The notes under the pieces were generated by a model. It worked only from the letters and a program-made list of their open reading frames with translations. It made no database searches and had not been told where the DNA came from. The position numbers were made by a program, and so were the translations under genes. A stretch of DNA of 64,000 nucleotides from Candidatus Woesebacteria bacterium GW2011_GWB1_38_8b (lineage in GTDB: Bacteria; Patescibacteriota; Microgenomatia; UBA8517). The stretch covers positions 3,587 to 67,586 of the forward strand of contig LBVN01000007.1 in assembly GCA_000993115.1 (NCBI GenBank), written 5' to 3'. Positions 45,676 to 55,806 of the stretch are shown here, in pieces. How positions within the stretch are numbered: position 1 is the stretch's first letter; every line of letters starts with the position of its first letter.

Positions 45676-46524
45676 TTAGGAAGTTATAGATTTATAAATT
45701 TTCTGAAGCCTTTCCTCAGTATCCTCCAATCCGCCTTTAAACGTAAAAACTAGCCGTGTTTCACGGCGTGATCGTATGAGTTTTACAGAAGTTTGTTTTG
45801 TATCATCACCATTTCCGATTAAAGAAAGTGCATTTTGCAAATCACTTTGCATTTTATCTACATCTTCAGAAACAATTCTTAAATCAGTCTGTCTAACACT
45901 TGGCTTATGCATATTCTGGCCTGATTTAGCTTTCATTCTTCGTGCCAGCTCTTCTGCTCTTCGTACCGATCCGGACTCTCTTAAAATTATCTTATAGGCT
46001 TCTATCATCAGGTTTGTATCATCAACGGCTGCCAATGCCCGTGCATGACCCTCACTTATTAACCCGGACAAAAGCCCATCTTTAAGTGCATCCGGGAGTG
46101 ATAATAATCTTATTGAGTTTGAAACGTATGCAACTGATTTTCCGATTCTTACTGCAATTTCAGAAGTTGAAAGCCCAAACTCACTTTGTAATCGTTCAAA
46201 ACCTTTTGCGCGGTCGAGTGCATTAAGATCGATTCGCTGTACATTTTCAACTAAGGCCATCTCAAGCATTCCTTTTGGAGAAGTTTCACGAATAATTACA
46301 GGGACATGAGAAAGGCCTGCAAGTTTGGAGGCTCTCCAACGCCGCTCCCCAGCGATAATTTGAAAACCGGCCGGAGTTTTCGCAACTACAAGAGGCTCTA
46401 ATATTCCGTGTTCTTTTATTGAATCAACAAGATCAACTAAACTTTCGGGAGTAATCGCACCGCGAGGCTGGAGAGGATTTGGTTGAAGTTCATCTATTTT
46501 TAATTGAACAATTTCTTCTGCCAT
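45676..46524 (-). CDS. parB: ParB/Spo0J-type partition protein
   Basis: LQPNPLQPRG, EPLVV, IIAGERRWRA and an HTH segment. Confidence 0.8.
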   Translation of the reverse strand: MAEEIVQLKIDELQPNPLQPRGAITPESLVDLVDSIKEHGILEPLVVAKTPAGFQIIAGERRWRASKLAGLSHVPVIIRETSPKGMLEMALVENVQRIDLNALDRAKGFERLQSEFGLSTSEIAVRIGKSVAYVSNSIRLLSLPDALKDGLLSGLISEGHARALAAVDDTNLMIEAYKIILRESGSVRRAEELARRMKAKSGQNMHKPSVRQTDLRIVSEDVDKMQSDLQNALSLIGNGDDTKQTSVKLIRSRRETRLVFTFKGGLEDTEERLQKIYKSITS

Positions 46525-46526
46525 AT

Positions 46527-46772
46527 TTATTTTACTGAAACCAACGTTTTTCCAAGTCTTTTTGAAAATTTAACAACCCCTTCTTTAATTGAAAAAAGAG
46601 TATGATCACGGCCAACTTTTACATTTCCGCCTGCGTGATACTTTGTACCTCTTTGTTTAATTAAAATTGAACCTCCCGTTACTTTTTCCCCATCAGCTAC
46701 TTTAACCCCCAAATATTTTGGCCGGGGTCTTTCCTGAATTCTTAATTTACCTGCTGCTTTATGCTTTGACAT
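46527..46772 (-). CDS. rpmA: 50S ribosomal protein L27
   Basis: LGVKVADGEKVTGGSILIKQRGTKYHAGGNVKVGRDHTLFS. Confidence 0.9.
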   Translation of the reverse strand: MSKHKAAGKLRIQERPRPKYLGVKVADGEKVTGGSILIKQRGTKYHAGGNVKVGRDHTLFSIKEGVVKFSKRLGKTLVSVK

Positions 46773-46851
46773 ATTTTGTTAAAAAAACTATAAATTATAT
46801 TTTCACGGTTGTCAAGATAGTATTATGATATATTGTGATATATAAGAAGAA

Positions 46852-47160
46852 CTATTTTAAGGAAATGTTATCTACTTTTAATTTGGTAAATACAGGGCGG
46901 ATTCCCAATTTTTTCCTATAACGGGATTTGGCTTTGTATTTTATAACCGTTACTTTATCTCCCTTAAATTTTTCATCAACAACACTGAATTTAACCGAAA
47001 CATTATCAAGTTTTGGTGTTCCTATTATTACTTTACCGTCATTTGAGGCAAAAATTACATCCGTAGCTTTTGGATCAAACCCTTCCCCTTGTACCAATAT
47101 TTCATCCCCTTCAGAAATTAAATATTGTTTTGATTTAATAATTACTGCGACGTATTTCAT
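46852..47160 (-). CDS. rplU: 50S ribosomal protein L21
   Basis: MKYVAVIIKSKQYLISEGDEI...KGDKVTVIKYKAKSRYRKKLGIRP. The start is set at the ATG at 47158-47160. Confidence 0.85.
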   Translation of the reverse strand: MKYVAVIIKSKQYLISEGDEILVQGEGFDPKATDVIFASNDGKVIIGTPKLDNVSVKFSVVDEKFKGDKVTVIKYKAKSRYRKKLGIRPVFTKLKVDNISLK

Positions 47161-47226
47161 AAAATTAAATTTCTTAAATATAAGTTCATATTCTAGCTGT
47201 AAATTCAAAATATTACAAGGCTAACT

Positions 47227-48276
47227 TCATTTTTTGGCATTTAAAACCATTGCTGTTGATATTACTGTACCTATAAGAGCAGATCCTCCTGCAGAAACAA
47301 AAGGCAGTGGAACTCCTGTAATAGGCAGAAGTCCCATGTTCATCCCAATATGGATTACTGCTTCAGTTAATAAACTTAATAGAACTGCTGTAATAAAAGC
47401 CCTGGACTTGGGATCTTTTGCTCGGTCAATAAAAGATGACATAACAAAAAAATAAATAAATAGAAGTAATAAAATTGTAAATGTTCCTATCAATCCCAAC
47501 TCCTCCCCTATAGATGCAAAAATAAAATCAGTGTGCCTTTCCGGTAAAAAGGCAAGCTGAGTTTGTATTCCTTTCCCCAACCCTTTCCCAAAAACCCCTC
47601 CCGAACCCACCGATATCATAGACTGAATGCTGTTGTAACCAACCCCTAATGGATCGCTGTTAGGATCTAGAAAACCGGTAATGCGGTTTTTTTGGTAAGG
47701 AGCAAGCAGTAACCAAATAAGAGGAAGTGTTGCAAGTCCTAACAAAATCACGGTAAATATTTGTTTTTTGTTAATACTTGATGATAAAAGCACTCCGAAA
47801 AATCCTACTCCAGTCAAAAGTGAAACACCAAGTGACGGTTGTACTAATATCAAGAAAAAGGGAATTAAAAATAATATTACGGATTTGACCAGGTGCTTAA
47901 AATCAATCTCATCCCGAATTAAATACTGGGCAAAAAACAAAAACAAAAAAGGTCTTACAATTTCCGACGGTTGAAAACTAAGCCCGAATAAAGGAATCCA
48001 TCTGATAGCACCTCTGGTTACTTGTCCGATTATAAGAGGTAATATTAAAAGTAGTAATGATCCAATATACAAATGAAGCGAAAATATTTTCATAATTTCA
48101 GGATCAAGTCTCCAAAACATGATAAAGACAACCAGCGACGCTCCTAAATATATGTAATATGTAGGAAAAATACCCGGTGCGACAGTTCTCAAAACCAATG
48201 TACCAATTAGTATAAGAAGCGAAATTGACAATAATATGAGTCCATCTCTACCAAAAAGTTTAGTTACTTTCCCCAT
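47227..48276 (-). CDS. rodA: SEDS family protein (RodA/FtsW type), outside the dcw cluster
   Basis: QPSE, TDFIFA and PLPFVSAGGS motifs. 349 aa. Confidence 0.65.
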   Translation of the reverse strand: MGKVTKLFGRDGLILLSISLLILIGTLVLRTVAPGIFPTYYIYLGASLVVFIMFWRLDPEIMKIFSLHLYIGSLLLLILPLIIGQVTRGAIRWIPLFGLSFQPSEIVRPFLFLFFAQYLIRDEIDFKHLVKSVILFLIPFFLILVQPSLGVSLLTGVGFFGVLLSSSINKKQIFTVILLGLATLPLIWLLLAPYQKNRITGFLDPNSDPLGVGYNSIQSMISVGSGGVFGKGLGKGIQTQLAFLPERHTDFIFASIGEELGLIGTFTILLLLFIYFFVMSSFIDRAKDPKSRAFITAVLLSLLTEAVIHIGMNMGLLPITGVPLPFVSAGGSALIGTVISTAMVLNAKK

Positions 48277-48282
48277 ACTGAA

Positions 48283-51200
48283 TCATTTGTTCTCTTTTTC
48301 TACTTTAAATTCTCCCACCACTACTTCATTAGCAAGGGTAATTCGTTTTATTAAACCAAGTAATTCCGAACTTTTGGGTAACCACTCTGATGTAACTTTT
48401 ATTTTTTCTGATAGATCTACATTTAATTTTTTTCTCTGATGCTGGATATTTCTTATCAACGCACGTGTTTTTGCCTCCTCAAGAAGATCAGGGGTTATTG
48501 TCAAATCCAATTCTACTGAAATGTCTTTGGTATCTTTTGTATTTCCCCAGACTACATTTTTTACATTGACTTCGTCTTTAATGACATCTGCAATTTCTTT
48601 TCCCATTTCATAAATATTTGTAGTTAATTTATTTAGAGGTTGTCTTACGGCAATTTGTTTTTCTTTCCTTTGGGCATGAACCTCTTCGCAAATTTTCCTT
48701 GCTAAAAGCATATTAATTAATAGTTCCCCGTCCACGGTGAAATCAATTTCCGGCCATTCGGATAAATGAATACTTTTGGCTTTTGTTATGTTTTCATATA
48801 TTTCATCCGATAAAAATGGAGTAAAAGGTGCCAGTATTTTAACTAAAGTGAGCAAGACAAAATATGTGGTCTCATAAAAATGATTTTTATCTGTATCCGA
48901 AATTGAAGTAAACCCCGTTCTTACTCGGGACCTTCTTATATACCAATTTGACAAATCATCAACAAATTCCTCCAAACAAACTGATGCTGTTTGCGAGTCA
49001 AATTTATCCAAAGCATCTTCTACCGAATTTAAGGTTTCTGTCAACCTAGTTAATATCCAGCGATCTAAAATATTTGTTGACCCTTCGATTAATTTCCCTT
49101 CTTTTAAAACACCGTCAGGAGACCAATTGTCCAAAGTCGCATACGTAACAAAATAATTATAAACATTCCAAATTTTTAAATGAAATCTTCGCCTTATTTC
49201 ATCGCCTATTTTATATCCGAACAATAAATTATCCGATGGGTTTTGCCTTGTGTAAAGCCAGCGCATAACATCTACTCCGATTTTTCCTGCACCTTCATTA
49301 AATTCAATTGAATTACCTGTGCTTTTATGCATTGGTCGTCCATCTTCGGCAAGAAGTGTCGCAAATCCCAGTATTGTTTTTGCAGGCTCAATATTTTCCA
49401 TTACAGTACTCATTGCAATGAGCGAATAAAACCAATTCTTAAACTGACCGGGGAAACTTTCCGTAATAAAATCAGCCGGGACCCATTTCTCCCATTCCTT
49501 TTTATCCTTTGTGTAAAGAGGTTCTTCATCGCTTTTTTCAAATAAAGTAGCACGATTATTCTCAGAGACCGTAGAATAAGCAACAATTCCTGCATCAAGC
49601 CAGGGGTTTCCAACCGGTTCAATTCGCGACATCAATTTGCCGCATTTATCACACTTTAATTTGAGAAAATCTATTTCAGGTTTATGTGGAGTTTTTCCTT
49701 CAAACTTATCCCATCCTTCAACAGTTTTATCCCGGAGCTCATCATAAGATCCGATAACCGCAAAGTTACCGCACTCGCATTCCCAAATTGGCAAAGCCAA
49801 TCCCCAGTATCTGTTCTTTTTTGAAATAAGCCAGTCATGCATATTCTTAAGCCAATCCAGCTCCCTCTCCATCCCAAATCTCGGAATCCATTTAATATTT
49901 TTACTAACATCTATCATCCTTTCCCGTAAAGATTTACCTTTTACTTTGTCGTCCGGAAAGTTTGTGGTAGGTCGATCCATTGCGATATACCATTCTTTAG
50001 TTACTTTCCAAACCAATTCAGCTTTGCATCTCCAACATGCCGGGTATCTATGTTTATATGGAAGAATTTTAAACAGAAAATCTTTTTCCTCCAATTTTTC
50101 CAAAATTAATTCAGGTTTGTCTTTTGCATTAAGTCCTTCTAAATATCCAAAACCATCAAGATAATTTGCGGTATCGTCAATTGCGGGTATAACAGGAAGA
50201 CCTAATTTAACCCCAAGTTTATGGTCTTCTTCCCCGGTTGAAGTTGAAGTGTGTACCAAGCCGGTTCCTTCTTCGATGGTTATTGGCATGATTAGAGTGT
50301 CTGTTGGAATTACCTTGTGAAACTTTTCTTTGTCTTCAGAGCCTAAACCGGCTACGTAAGGCAAATCGTCAAAAGCAGAGGTGTATTTTAATCCCAAAAG
50401 TTCTTCCCCTTTTGCTTCCTTTAACACTTTTACATCTTCCCCGAATATTTTTTTGGAAAGTTCTTTAACAACCCAATATTTTTTCCCTTCAAACTCGCAC
50501 AACACATAAATAAAGCCTGCGTCCACTGCAACAGCTGTGTTTGCAGGAATTGTCCAAGGAGTTGTTGTCCAAACCAAAAGATATTCATTCTCCCGATCAA
50601 TCAATGGCAATCTGAAATAAACAGATTTATGTGTTACCTCCTTATAGTCTTCAGTCAAAATCTCATGCTGAGAAATCGCAGTTTCGCATCTGGGGCACCA
50701 GGGTACGACATCGTTTCCGCTGTATATCCAGCCATTATCGTGACACACTTTCAAAAATTTCCAGATCATGTAATTATTGTTCTCCGATAACGTAAAATAG
50801 GAGTTATCCCAATCCATAAAATAGCCTAATCGTTTACTCTGCTGCGTTTGTATATCTGAATATTTTTTTACCCGTTCCCGGCAAAGAACAACGAACTTGG
50901 CAATTGATGCGTTCTTGTCCCCGGGGACAAGATTTTCTATGTCTTTTTTGCTTTTTAATCCCAATTCTTTTTCTACTTCTACCTCAACCCAAAGTCCCTG
51001 GCAATCAAAACCGTTTTGGAACCTTTGCCTGAATCCTCTCATGTTTTTATACCTTTGCCATAAATCTTTATATGTTCTTCCCCAAGCATGATGTACCCCC
51101 ATTGGATTATTTGCGGTAATGGGTCCGTCTAAAAAAGAAAAGAATTTATCGGAATTATCGTTTTTATGAAGGTATTTATCTACAATCCCTTGTTCATACC

Positions 51201-51294
51201 ACTTTTTCAAAAGCCTTTCTTCAATTTCAGGAAAATTAGGGTTCGGGTTTATTGGTTCAAAATATGGCTTTTTGGTAGTCTTTTTTACGATCAT
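48283..51294 (-). CDS. ileS: isoleucine--tRNA ligase
   Basis: PITANNPMGVHHAW (HIGH-type motif), KMHKSTGN (KMSKS) and zinc-knuckle cysteines. 1003 aa. Confidence 0.9.
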   Translation of the reverse strand: MIVKKTTKKPYFEPINPNPNFPEIEERLLKKWYEQGIVDKYLHKNDNSDKFFSFLDGPITANNPMGVHHAWGRTYKDLWQRYKNMRGFRQRFQNGFDCQGLWVEVEVEKELGLKSKKDIENLVPGDKNASIAKFVVLCRERVKKYSDIQTQQSKRLGYFMDWDNSYFTLSENNNYMIWKFLKVCHDNGWIYSGNDVVPWCPRCETAISQHEILTEDYKEVTHKSVYFRLPLIDRENEYLLVWTTTPWTIPANTAVAVDAGFIYVLCEFEGKKYWVVKELSKKIFGEDVKVLKEAKGEELLGLKYTSAFDDLPYVAGLGSEDKEKFHKVIPTDTLIMPITIEEGTGLVHTSTSTGEEDHKLGVKLGLPVIPAIDDTANYLDGFGYLEGLNAKDKPELILEKLEEKDFLFKILPYKHRYPACWRCKAELVWKVTKEWYIAMDRPTTNFPDDKVKGKSLRERMIDVSKNIKWIPRFGMERELDWLKNMHDWLISKKNRYWGLALPIWECECGNFAVIGSYDELRDKTVEGWDKFEGKTPHKPEIDFLKLKCDKCGKLMSRIEPVGNPWLDAGIVAYSTVSENNRATLFEKSDEEPLYTKDKKEWEKWVPADFITESFPGQFKNWFYSLIAMSTVMENIEPAKTILGFATLLAEDGRPMHKSTGNSIEFNEGAGKIGVDVMRWLYTRQNPSDNLLFGYKIGDEIRRRFHLKIWNVYNYFVTYATLDNWSPDGVLKEGKLIEGSTNILDRWILTRLTETLNSVEDALDKFDSQTASVCLEEFVDDLSNWYIRRSRVRTGFTSISDTDKNHFYETTYFVLLTLVKILAPFTPFLSDEIYENITKAKSIHLSEWPEIDFTVDGELLINMLLARKICEEVHAQRKEKQIAVRQPLNKLTTNIYEMGKEIADVIKDEVNVKNVVWGNTKDTKDISVELDLTITPDLLEEAKTRALIRNIQHQRKKLNVDLSEKIKVTSEWLPKSSELLGLIKRITLANEVVVGEFKVEKENK

Positions 51295-51346
51295 GAAGCA
51301 ATTTTACACCGAGTCAAGATTATTGTGAACAATGAATCAATTTAAA

Positions 51347-52489
51347 CTATGTAATTTTTCGCAAAAATGCAGGGATTTCAAACTTGTCTCCGAAAGGATC
51401 GTCGTCGTCCTTTTTACCTTCCTCGTCATCCTCGTCATCACTGACGGTATCTTCTTTTCTCTCCGGAGTTTCACTGACGACACCCTGAATTGGAGTGTTA
51501 TGTATCAGGTTCATCTTACCAATTCGAGAGCGGGTTTCATCAAATCCTGTCGCGACAACAGTAATTTTAAGCTGGTCCGCTAATTCTTCTTTAATTACAG
51601 CTCCGAAAATTATATTCGCATCCCTATCTGCACTATTTGATATTATCTTAGCAGCCTCATCAACCTCAAACATTGTCAGATCAGATCCACCCGTGATGTT
51701 AAAAAGAACGCCTGTTGCACCTTCGATTGATAGATCCAGTAGAGGAGATGAAATTGCCGCACGAGCCGCCATTTGGGCACGGTTTTCTCCGACACCTGTT
51801 CCAATTCCCAAAAGAGCTGATCCCGTATTTTTCATAATTGTTTTAACGTCCGCAAAATCAACGTTTATAAGACCGGGAGTTGTTATTATATCTGCGATTC
51901 CGCCAACCGCCTGGGCAAGAACCGAATCGGCAACTTTAAAAGCCTCAAGAAGCGTCATTTTTCGGTCAATTACATCCATAAGCCTTTGGTTCGGAATTAC
52001 AATAAGGGTATCAACACTGTCCCGCAGTTTTTCTATTCCGTCATCTGCGGCAACTGTTCTTCTCGTGCCTTCAAAATGAAAAGGCTTTGTAACAATACCA
52101 ATTGTAAGAGCGCCTTGTTCTTTAGCAAGTTTTGCAATTACAGGTGAAGCACCCGTTCCTGTTCCTCCACCCATCCCCGCGGTTACAAATACCATATCAG
52201 AGTCGACCAAAAATTCCTTTATTTTTTCAATTGACTCCTCAGCAGCCTGCTCACCAATTGCAGGATCCCCTCCAACCCCTAATCCTTTAGTAAGTTTTTC
52301 ACCGATTTGAAGTTTGGTCGGTGCTTTATTAGCAAGTAAAACTTGTGCGTCAGTATTTATTGCGATAAATTCAACACCGCGAATTGAATTATCTTCGATC
52401 ATTGAAGATACTGCGTTGCCGCCACCGCCACCGACTCCAATAACTTTAATTTTTGCAATTCTTGCTGAGTCTGGTTTTACAAGTGCCAT
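51347..52489 (-). CDS. ftsZ: cell division protein FtsZ
   Basis: [18 protein letters not shown], and a C-terminal peptide FEIPAFLRK. Confidence 0.95.
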   Translation of the reverse strand: MALVKPDSARIAKIKVIGVGGGGGNAVSSMIEDNSIRGVEFIAINTDAQVLLANKAPTKLQIGEKLTKGLGVGGDPAIGEQAAEESIEKIKEFLVDSDMVFVTAGMGGGTGTGASPVIAKLAKEQGALTIGIVTKPFHFEGTRRTVAADDGIEKLRDSVDTLIVIPNQRLMDVIDRKMTLLEAFKVADSVLAQAVGGIADIITTPGLINVDFADVKTIMKNTGSALLGIGTGVGENRAQMAARAAISSPLLDLSIEGATGVLFNITGGSDLTMFEVDEAAKIISNSADRDANIIFGAVIKEELADQLKITVVATGFDETRSRIGKMNLIHNTPIQGVVSETPERKEDTVSDDEDDEEGKKDDDDPFGDKFEIPAFLRKIT

Positions 52490-52505
52490 AAGTGCATTTA
52501 GCGCG

Positions 52506-52534
52506 ATTATATAAGGGGCAGAAATAAATTACAA
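52506..52534 (-). promoter_or_regulatory. candidate promoter for ftsZ
   Basis: The minus strand reads TTGTAA (52534-52529), a 17-nt spacer, then TATAAT (52511-52506). A 16-nt leader without SD follows. Confidence 0.45.
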
Positions 52535-52631
52535 GCTACGGAAGTGCTTTCTAAATCGCATATTAATATAGCACAAATTATTTCGTACTATAAGTACAAC
52601 ATTTACACCACCGTCGGCTGTTTAAAAATTG

Positions 52632-53903
52632 CTATGGCAGAAGATCTTTAACCGTATTTATTAACTTTGAAAATATTCCCATTGATGGAAGCTTCAGTTT
52701 TTTTGAAAATGAAAAAGATTGAGGAACAACTTCTTTCGAATACCCGAACAAAATTAAACCGGCTGGAGTCGCAAACGAAGGAGTAACTACATCGTCAATT
52801 AATCCGCTTAAGCCTTTAGGTTTTCCGATACGCACAGGCAGTGCTAACATACGCCGAGCTGATTCGGTAATTCCGACAGTATCAGCGCCACCCCCGGTAA
52901 TAATTGCACCTGAGGGAATCATATGAGATAAATTATCTTTATCAAGCTGAAGCTTAATCATAGAAAATATTTCGTTTAAGCGGGGTCTAATTATGCCCTC
53001 AACCAAAGTCTTTTTTGACACCTTTTTATTATCATTAACTCCCCACTCATTCAGATCAAGTTGGTCTTCATCCTCCTTTTTCTTAATTTGTTTCTTATCT
53101 TCTTTTGACAACATGACCTTTATTTTTTCTGCAGATTCCAGTGGAACCCGAAGTCCGATTGCCAAATCATTTGTAACATTTTTAGCCCCAATCGGCAGAA
53201 CCGAAGAAAAAACCAAAGCTCCATCTACAAAAGCTGCAATAGAAGTTGTTCCGCCTCCAATATCAATCAGGACACAACCTAATTCTTTCTCCGTTTTAGT
53301 TAAGACCGCCTCCGCAGAAGCTAAACCCGAAAAAACCAATCCGTTAATTGCAACCCCTACCTCATTTATGGCTCTTTTAAGGTTCTTTATGGCTGGTCCT
53401 GATGCAGTGACCAGATGGGTCTCAACTTCAAGACGGATTCCGCTCATACCTACAGGATCTTTAACCCCGGCTTCCCCATCTACAATATATTCTCTCGGAA
53501 GAACGTGTATTATTTCCCGGGAAGAGGGGATTGAAACTGCGCTAGCGGCTTCGATTACCCGATCAACGTCGTCTGCAACTATTTCTTCGTTAGGGTTTGA
53601 AACGGCAACAACACCATGAGAATTTTGTGAGGATATATGTGCACCACCTAAAGAAATAAAAGCATTGTCAACATTATATCCGGCCATCCTTTCAGCAGCT
53701 TCAACGCTTTGTATGATTGCCTCAACCGCTTCTTCGATGTCGACAATTTGTCCCTTTTTAATTCCTCTTGATTCGATCGATGAAACTCCAACTATGTTCA
53801 CACCTTCCATTAATCCGTCCTCATTTGCATTAACCTGTGCAATAAGTGTTGCAATTTTTGAAGACCCTATCTCGATGCCTGTTACAATCTTAGCCTTTGT
53901 CAT
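52632..53903 (-). CDS. ftsA: cell division protein FtsA
   Basis: Actin-like ATPase motifs GIEIGSSK, DIGGGTT and ITGGGA. Confidence 0.9.
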   Translation of the reverse strand: MTKAKIVTGIEIGSSKIATLIAQVNANEDGLMEGVNIVGVSSIESRGIKKGQIVDIEEAVEAIIQSVEAAERMAGYNVDNAFISLGGAHISSQNSHGVVAVSNPNEEIVADDVDRVIEAASAVSIPSSREIIHVLPREYIVDGEAGVKDPVGMSGIRLEVETHLVTASGPAIKNLKRAINEVGVAINGLVFSGLASAEAVLTKTEKELGCVLIDIGGGTTSIAAFVDGALVFSSVLPIGAKNVTNDLAIGLRVPLESAEKIKVMLSKEDKKQIKKKEDEDQLDLNEWGVNDNKKVSKKTLVEGIIRPRLNEIFSMIKLQLDKDNLSHMIPSGAIITGGGADTVGITESARRMLALPVRIGKPKGLSGLIDDVVTPSFATPAGLILFGYSKEVVPQSFSFSKKLKLPSMGIFSKLINTVKDLLP

Positions 53904-53908
53904 ATTTT

Positions 53909-54694
53909 TTATTTTTTTCGTATCACAGGATTTTTAAACCTGAAATCAATCTCTTTAATTTCACTTTTTTCAATTGTAGTTTCTTTATCGGGGTTATTCA
54001 AGCGTGAAACTATTAAGTTAATAGCACCGGTTAAATAATCACTATCTCCATCGAGAGGAAATATATACAATATACCAGTATTTTTTAAAATTAAATTTAT
54101 ACGATCGTCCTCTATTTTAAAACTCTCAATTTCAAGTATTTTACTTATTTTTTCATATAATAAGCATCCGAAATATATATTTTTTGGCACTTTTTCACCG
54201 ATATTTGGAAGTCCTCCTTTAACTTCTAATTTTTTAATATTTGTGGATTCAGTTAATTCCAAAACTGTACCGTCTATATCTAAAAGTGCAAACCAATTAC
54301 TATCTCCTTTTACAGCAATAACAGGTGATTTAAACTCAACATTAACTTTTACGGTACTGGGAAAGACATAACTGACCTTATAGCTTTTAAGTAAATCATT
54401 TTGCCTGAGCAGTTTTTTTATTCCGGAAATCGATTCTGTTGGAGAATTATTAAGATAAGCTCTAAAATTATCTCCAAAACCTTCCCTACAGGCAATATTA
54501 CTTTCAAAACAATAAATATTTTTAACTAACAGCTGCTTCCAAGCAACTATCACAATTGGAAATATTAAAAAAGCAAATAAGAAGCCTACTATTATTTTTT
54601 TAATTACTTTCCCCGGTAAAATTCTAAATCTTTTACTCTTGTTTCTAAATTGCTTGTGGGCAAATAAAATATTCCTGACCATGACATTTATCAA
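53909..54694 (-). CDS. ftsQ: FtsQ/DivIB-like cell division protein (TM segment plus POTRA-like domain)
   Basis: Its position between murG and ftsA, a single TM segment, and a beta-rich periplasmic domain. Confidence 0.55.
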   Translation of the reverse strand: MINVMVRNILFAHKQFRNKSKRFRILPGKVIKKIIVGFLFAFLIFPIVIVAWKQLLVKNIYCFESNIACREGFGDNFRAYLNNSPTESISGIKKLLRQNDLLKSYKVSYVFPSTVKVNVEFKSPVIAVKGDSNWFALLDIDGTVLELTESTNIKKLEVKGGLPNIGEKVPKNIYFGCLLYEKISKILEIESFKIEDDRINLILKNTGILYIFPLDGDSDYLTGAINLIVSRLNNPDKETTIEKSEIKEIDFRFKNPVIRKK

Positions 54695-54702
54695 AGCTGA
54701 GT

Positions 54703-55806
54703 TTATACCCTAAACAGTAAATCTACGAGTTTTTCAGAAGCATCCAAGTCGGGGGATTTTTTGTTACTCACGGATGAAGTAATTTCTTTCCAATTCTTAA
54801 CTATATTTTTCAGCTCTTCTACTAAAAGCTCGGGTGTGGCGTCTTTCTGGGAAATTACTGTTGCAAGCCCAAAATCCTTAACGTAATCTGCGTTTATTTG
54901 TTGTTCGTTTAAATAAGAATAAGGGATTGGGATTAATATTGCAGGTTTTTTAATAATTGCCAACTGGTAAGTAAAGTTAGCGCCTGACCTGGCAACAAAA
55001 ATGTCAGCCCAATCTAAATGTTCTCCCCACTTATCAGGATGAATTACACTCTCCACTTTATATCTCTCACTAAACTTTATTGGCAGCTCTACTTTTATAC
55101 TGACAAACTTCTTATACTCTATATCTCCTGTCTGATGTATTACCTCGCAGGTATCGAGCAAGTTTAATAATGCAACCTGAACAAGTTTATTGATCATTGC
55201 TGAACCGCTAAATCCTCCCGTTACAAATATGTGTACGGGATTATGAATATTAGGCGTATTATCCGCTTTAACGTTTTTGGGAATTGGATTTCCAGTTACA
55301 ACACACTTTTGCTTTGGAAAATATTTCATGCTGGACTCTCTGGCTAGAGCTATTTTTTTAGCCATACGTGATGAAGCTAGATTAGCTCTTCCGGCAACGC
55401 TTGTTTGTTCGTGTATAACAACCGGAATTCTTCTTATCCATGAAGCCAAAACAACAGGAAAACCTGCATATCCACCAAAAGACAAAATTATATCAGGATT
55501 TATTTTATTTATTATTACTAGTGATTGAAGAAGTCCCAAAGGAAGTTTTAATAAAGACATCCACGACCAAAAAGACCGCTTTATTGCAAGCCTTCCGGCA
55601 TTAATACTATAAAGTTTTATCCCTATATCGGAAAATGCGATTTGTGCCAGTGTTCTTGATCGTTTGCCTTCAACCGATGTTTTTCCACCAATGAAAAAAA
55701 GTTTTATATCCGGATCTCTGCGTTTAATCTCCTCGAATACCGCTAAAGCGGTAGAACCTGCATGTCCTCCGGTTAATACTATTTTATTTATCTTGTTTTT
55801 TTGCAT
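54703..55806 (-). CDS. murG: UDP-GlcNAc:lipid I GlcNAc transferase MurG
   Basis: LTGGHAGST at the N-terminus (G-loop), HEQT, and the dcw context. Confidence 0.8.
   Translation of the reverse strand: MQKNKINKIVLTGGHAGSTALAVFEEIKRRDPDIKLFFIGGKTSVEGKRSRTLAQIAFSDIGIKLYSINAGRLAIKRSFWSWMSLLKLPLGLLQSLVIINKINPDIILSFGGYAGFPVVLASWIRRIPVVIHEQTSVAGRANLASSRMAKKIALARESSMKYFPKQKCVVTGNPIPKNVKADNTPNIHNPVHIFVTGGFSGSAMINKLVQVALLNLLDTCEVIHQTGDIEYKKFVSIKVELPIKFSERYKVESVIHPDKWGEHLDWADIFVARSGANFTYQLAIIKKPAILIPIPYSYLNEQQINADYVKDFGLATVISQKDATPELLVEELKNIVKNWKEITSSVSNKKSPDLDASEKLVDLLFRV

Noticed and set aside
51495-52079. 194-aa plus-strand ORF antisense to ftsZ. The same applies to the 208-aa ORF at 52993-53619, antisense to ftsA.
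   Set aside because: These are long shadow ORFs opposite highly conserved genes. Their Ser/Pro/Ala-rich composition is typical of antisense translation, and they have no start context.
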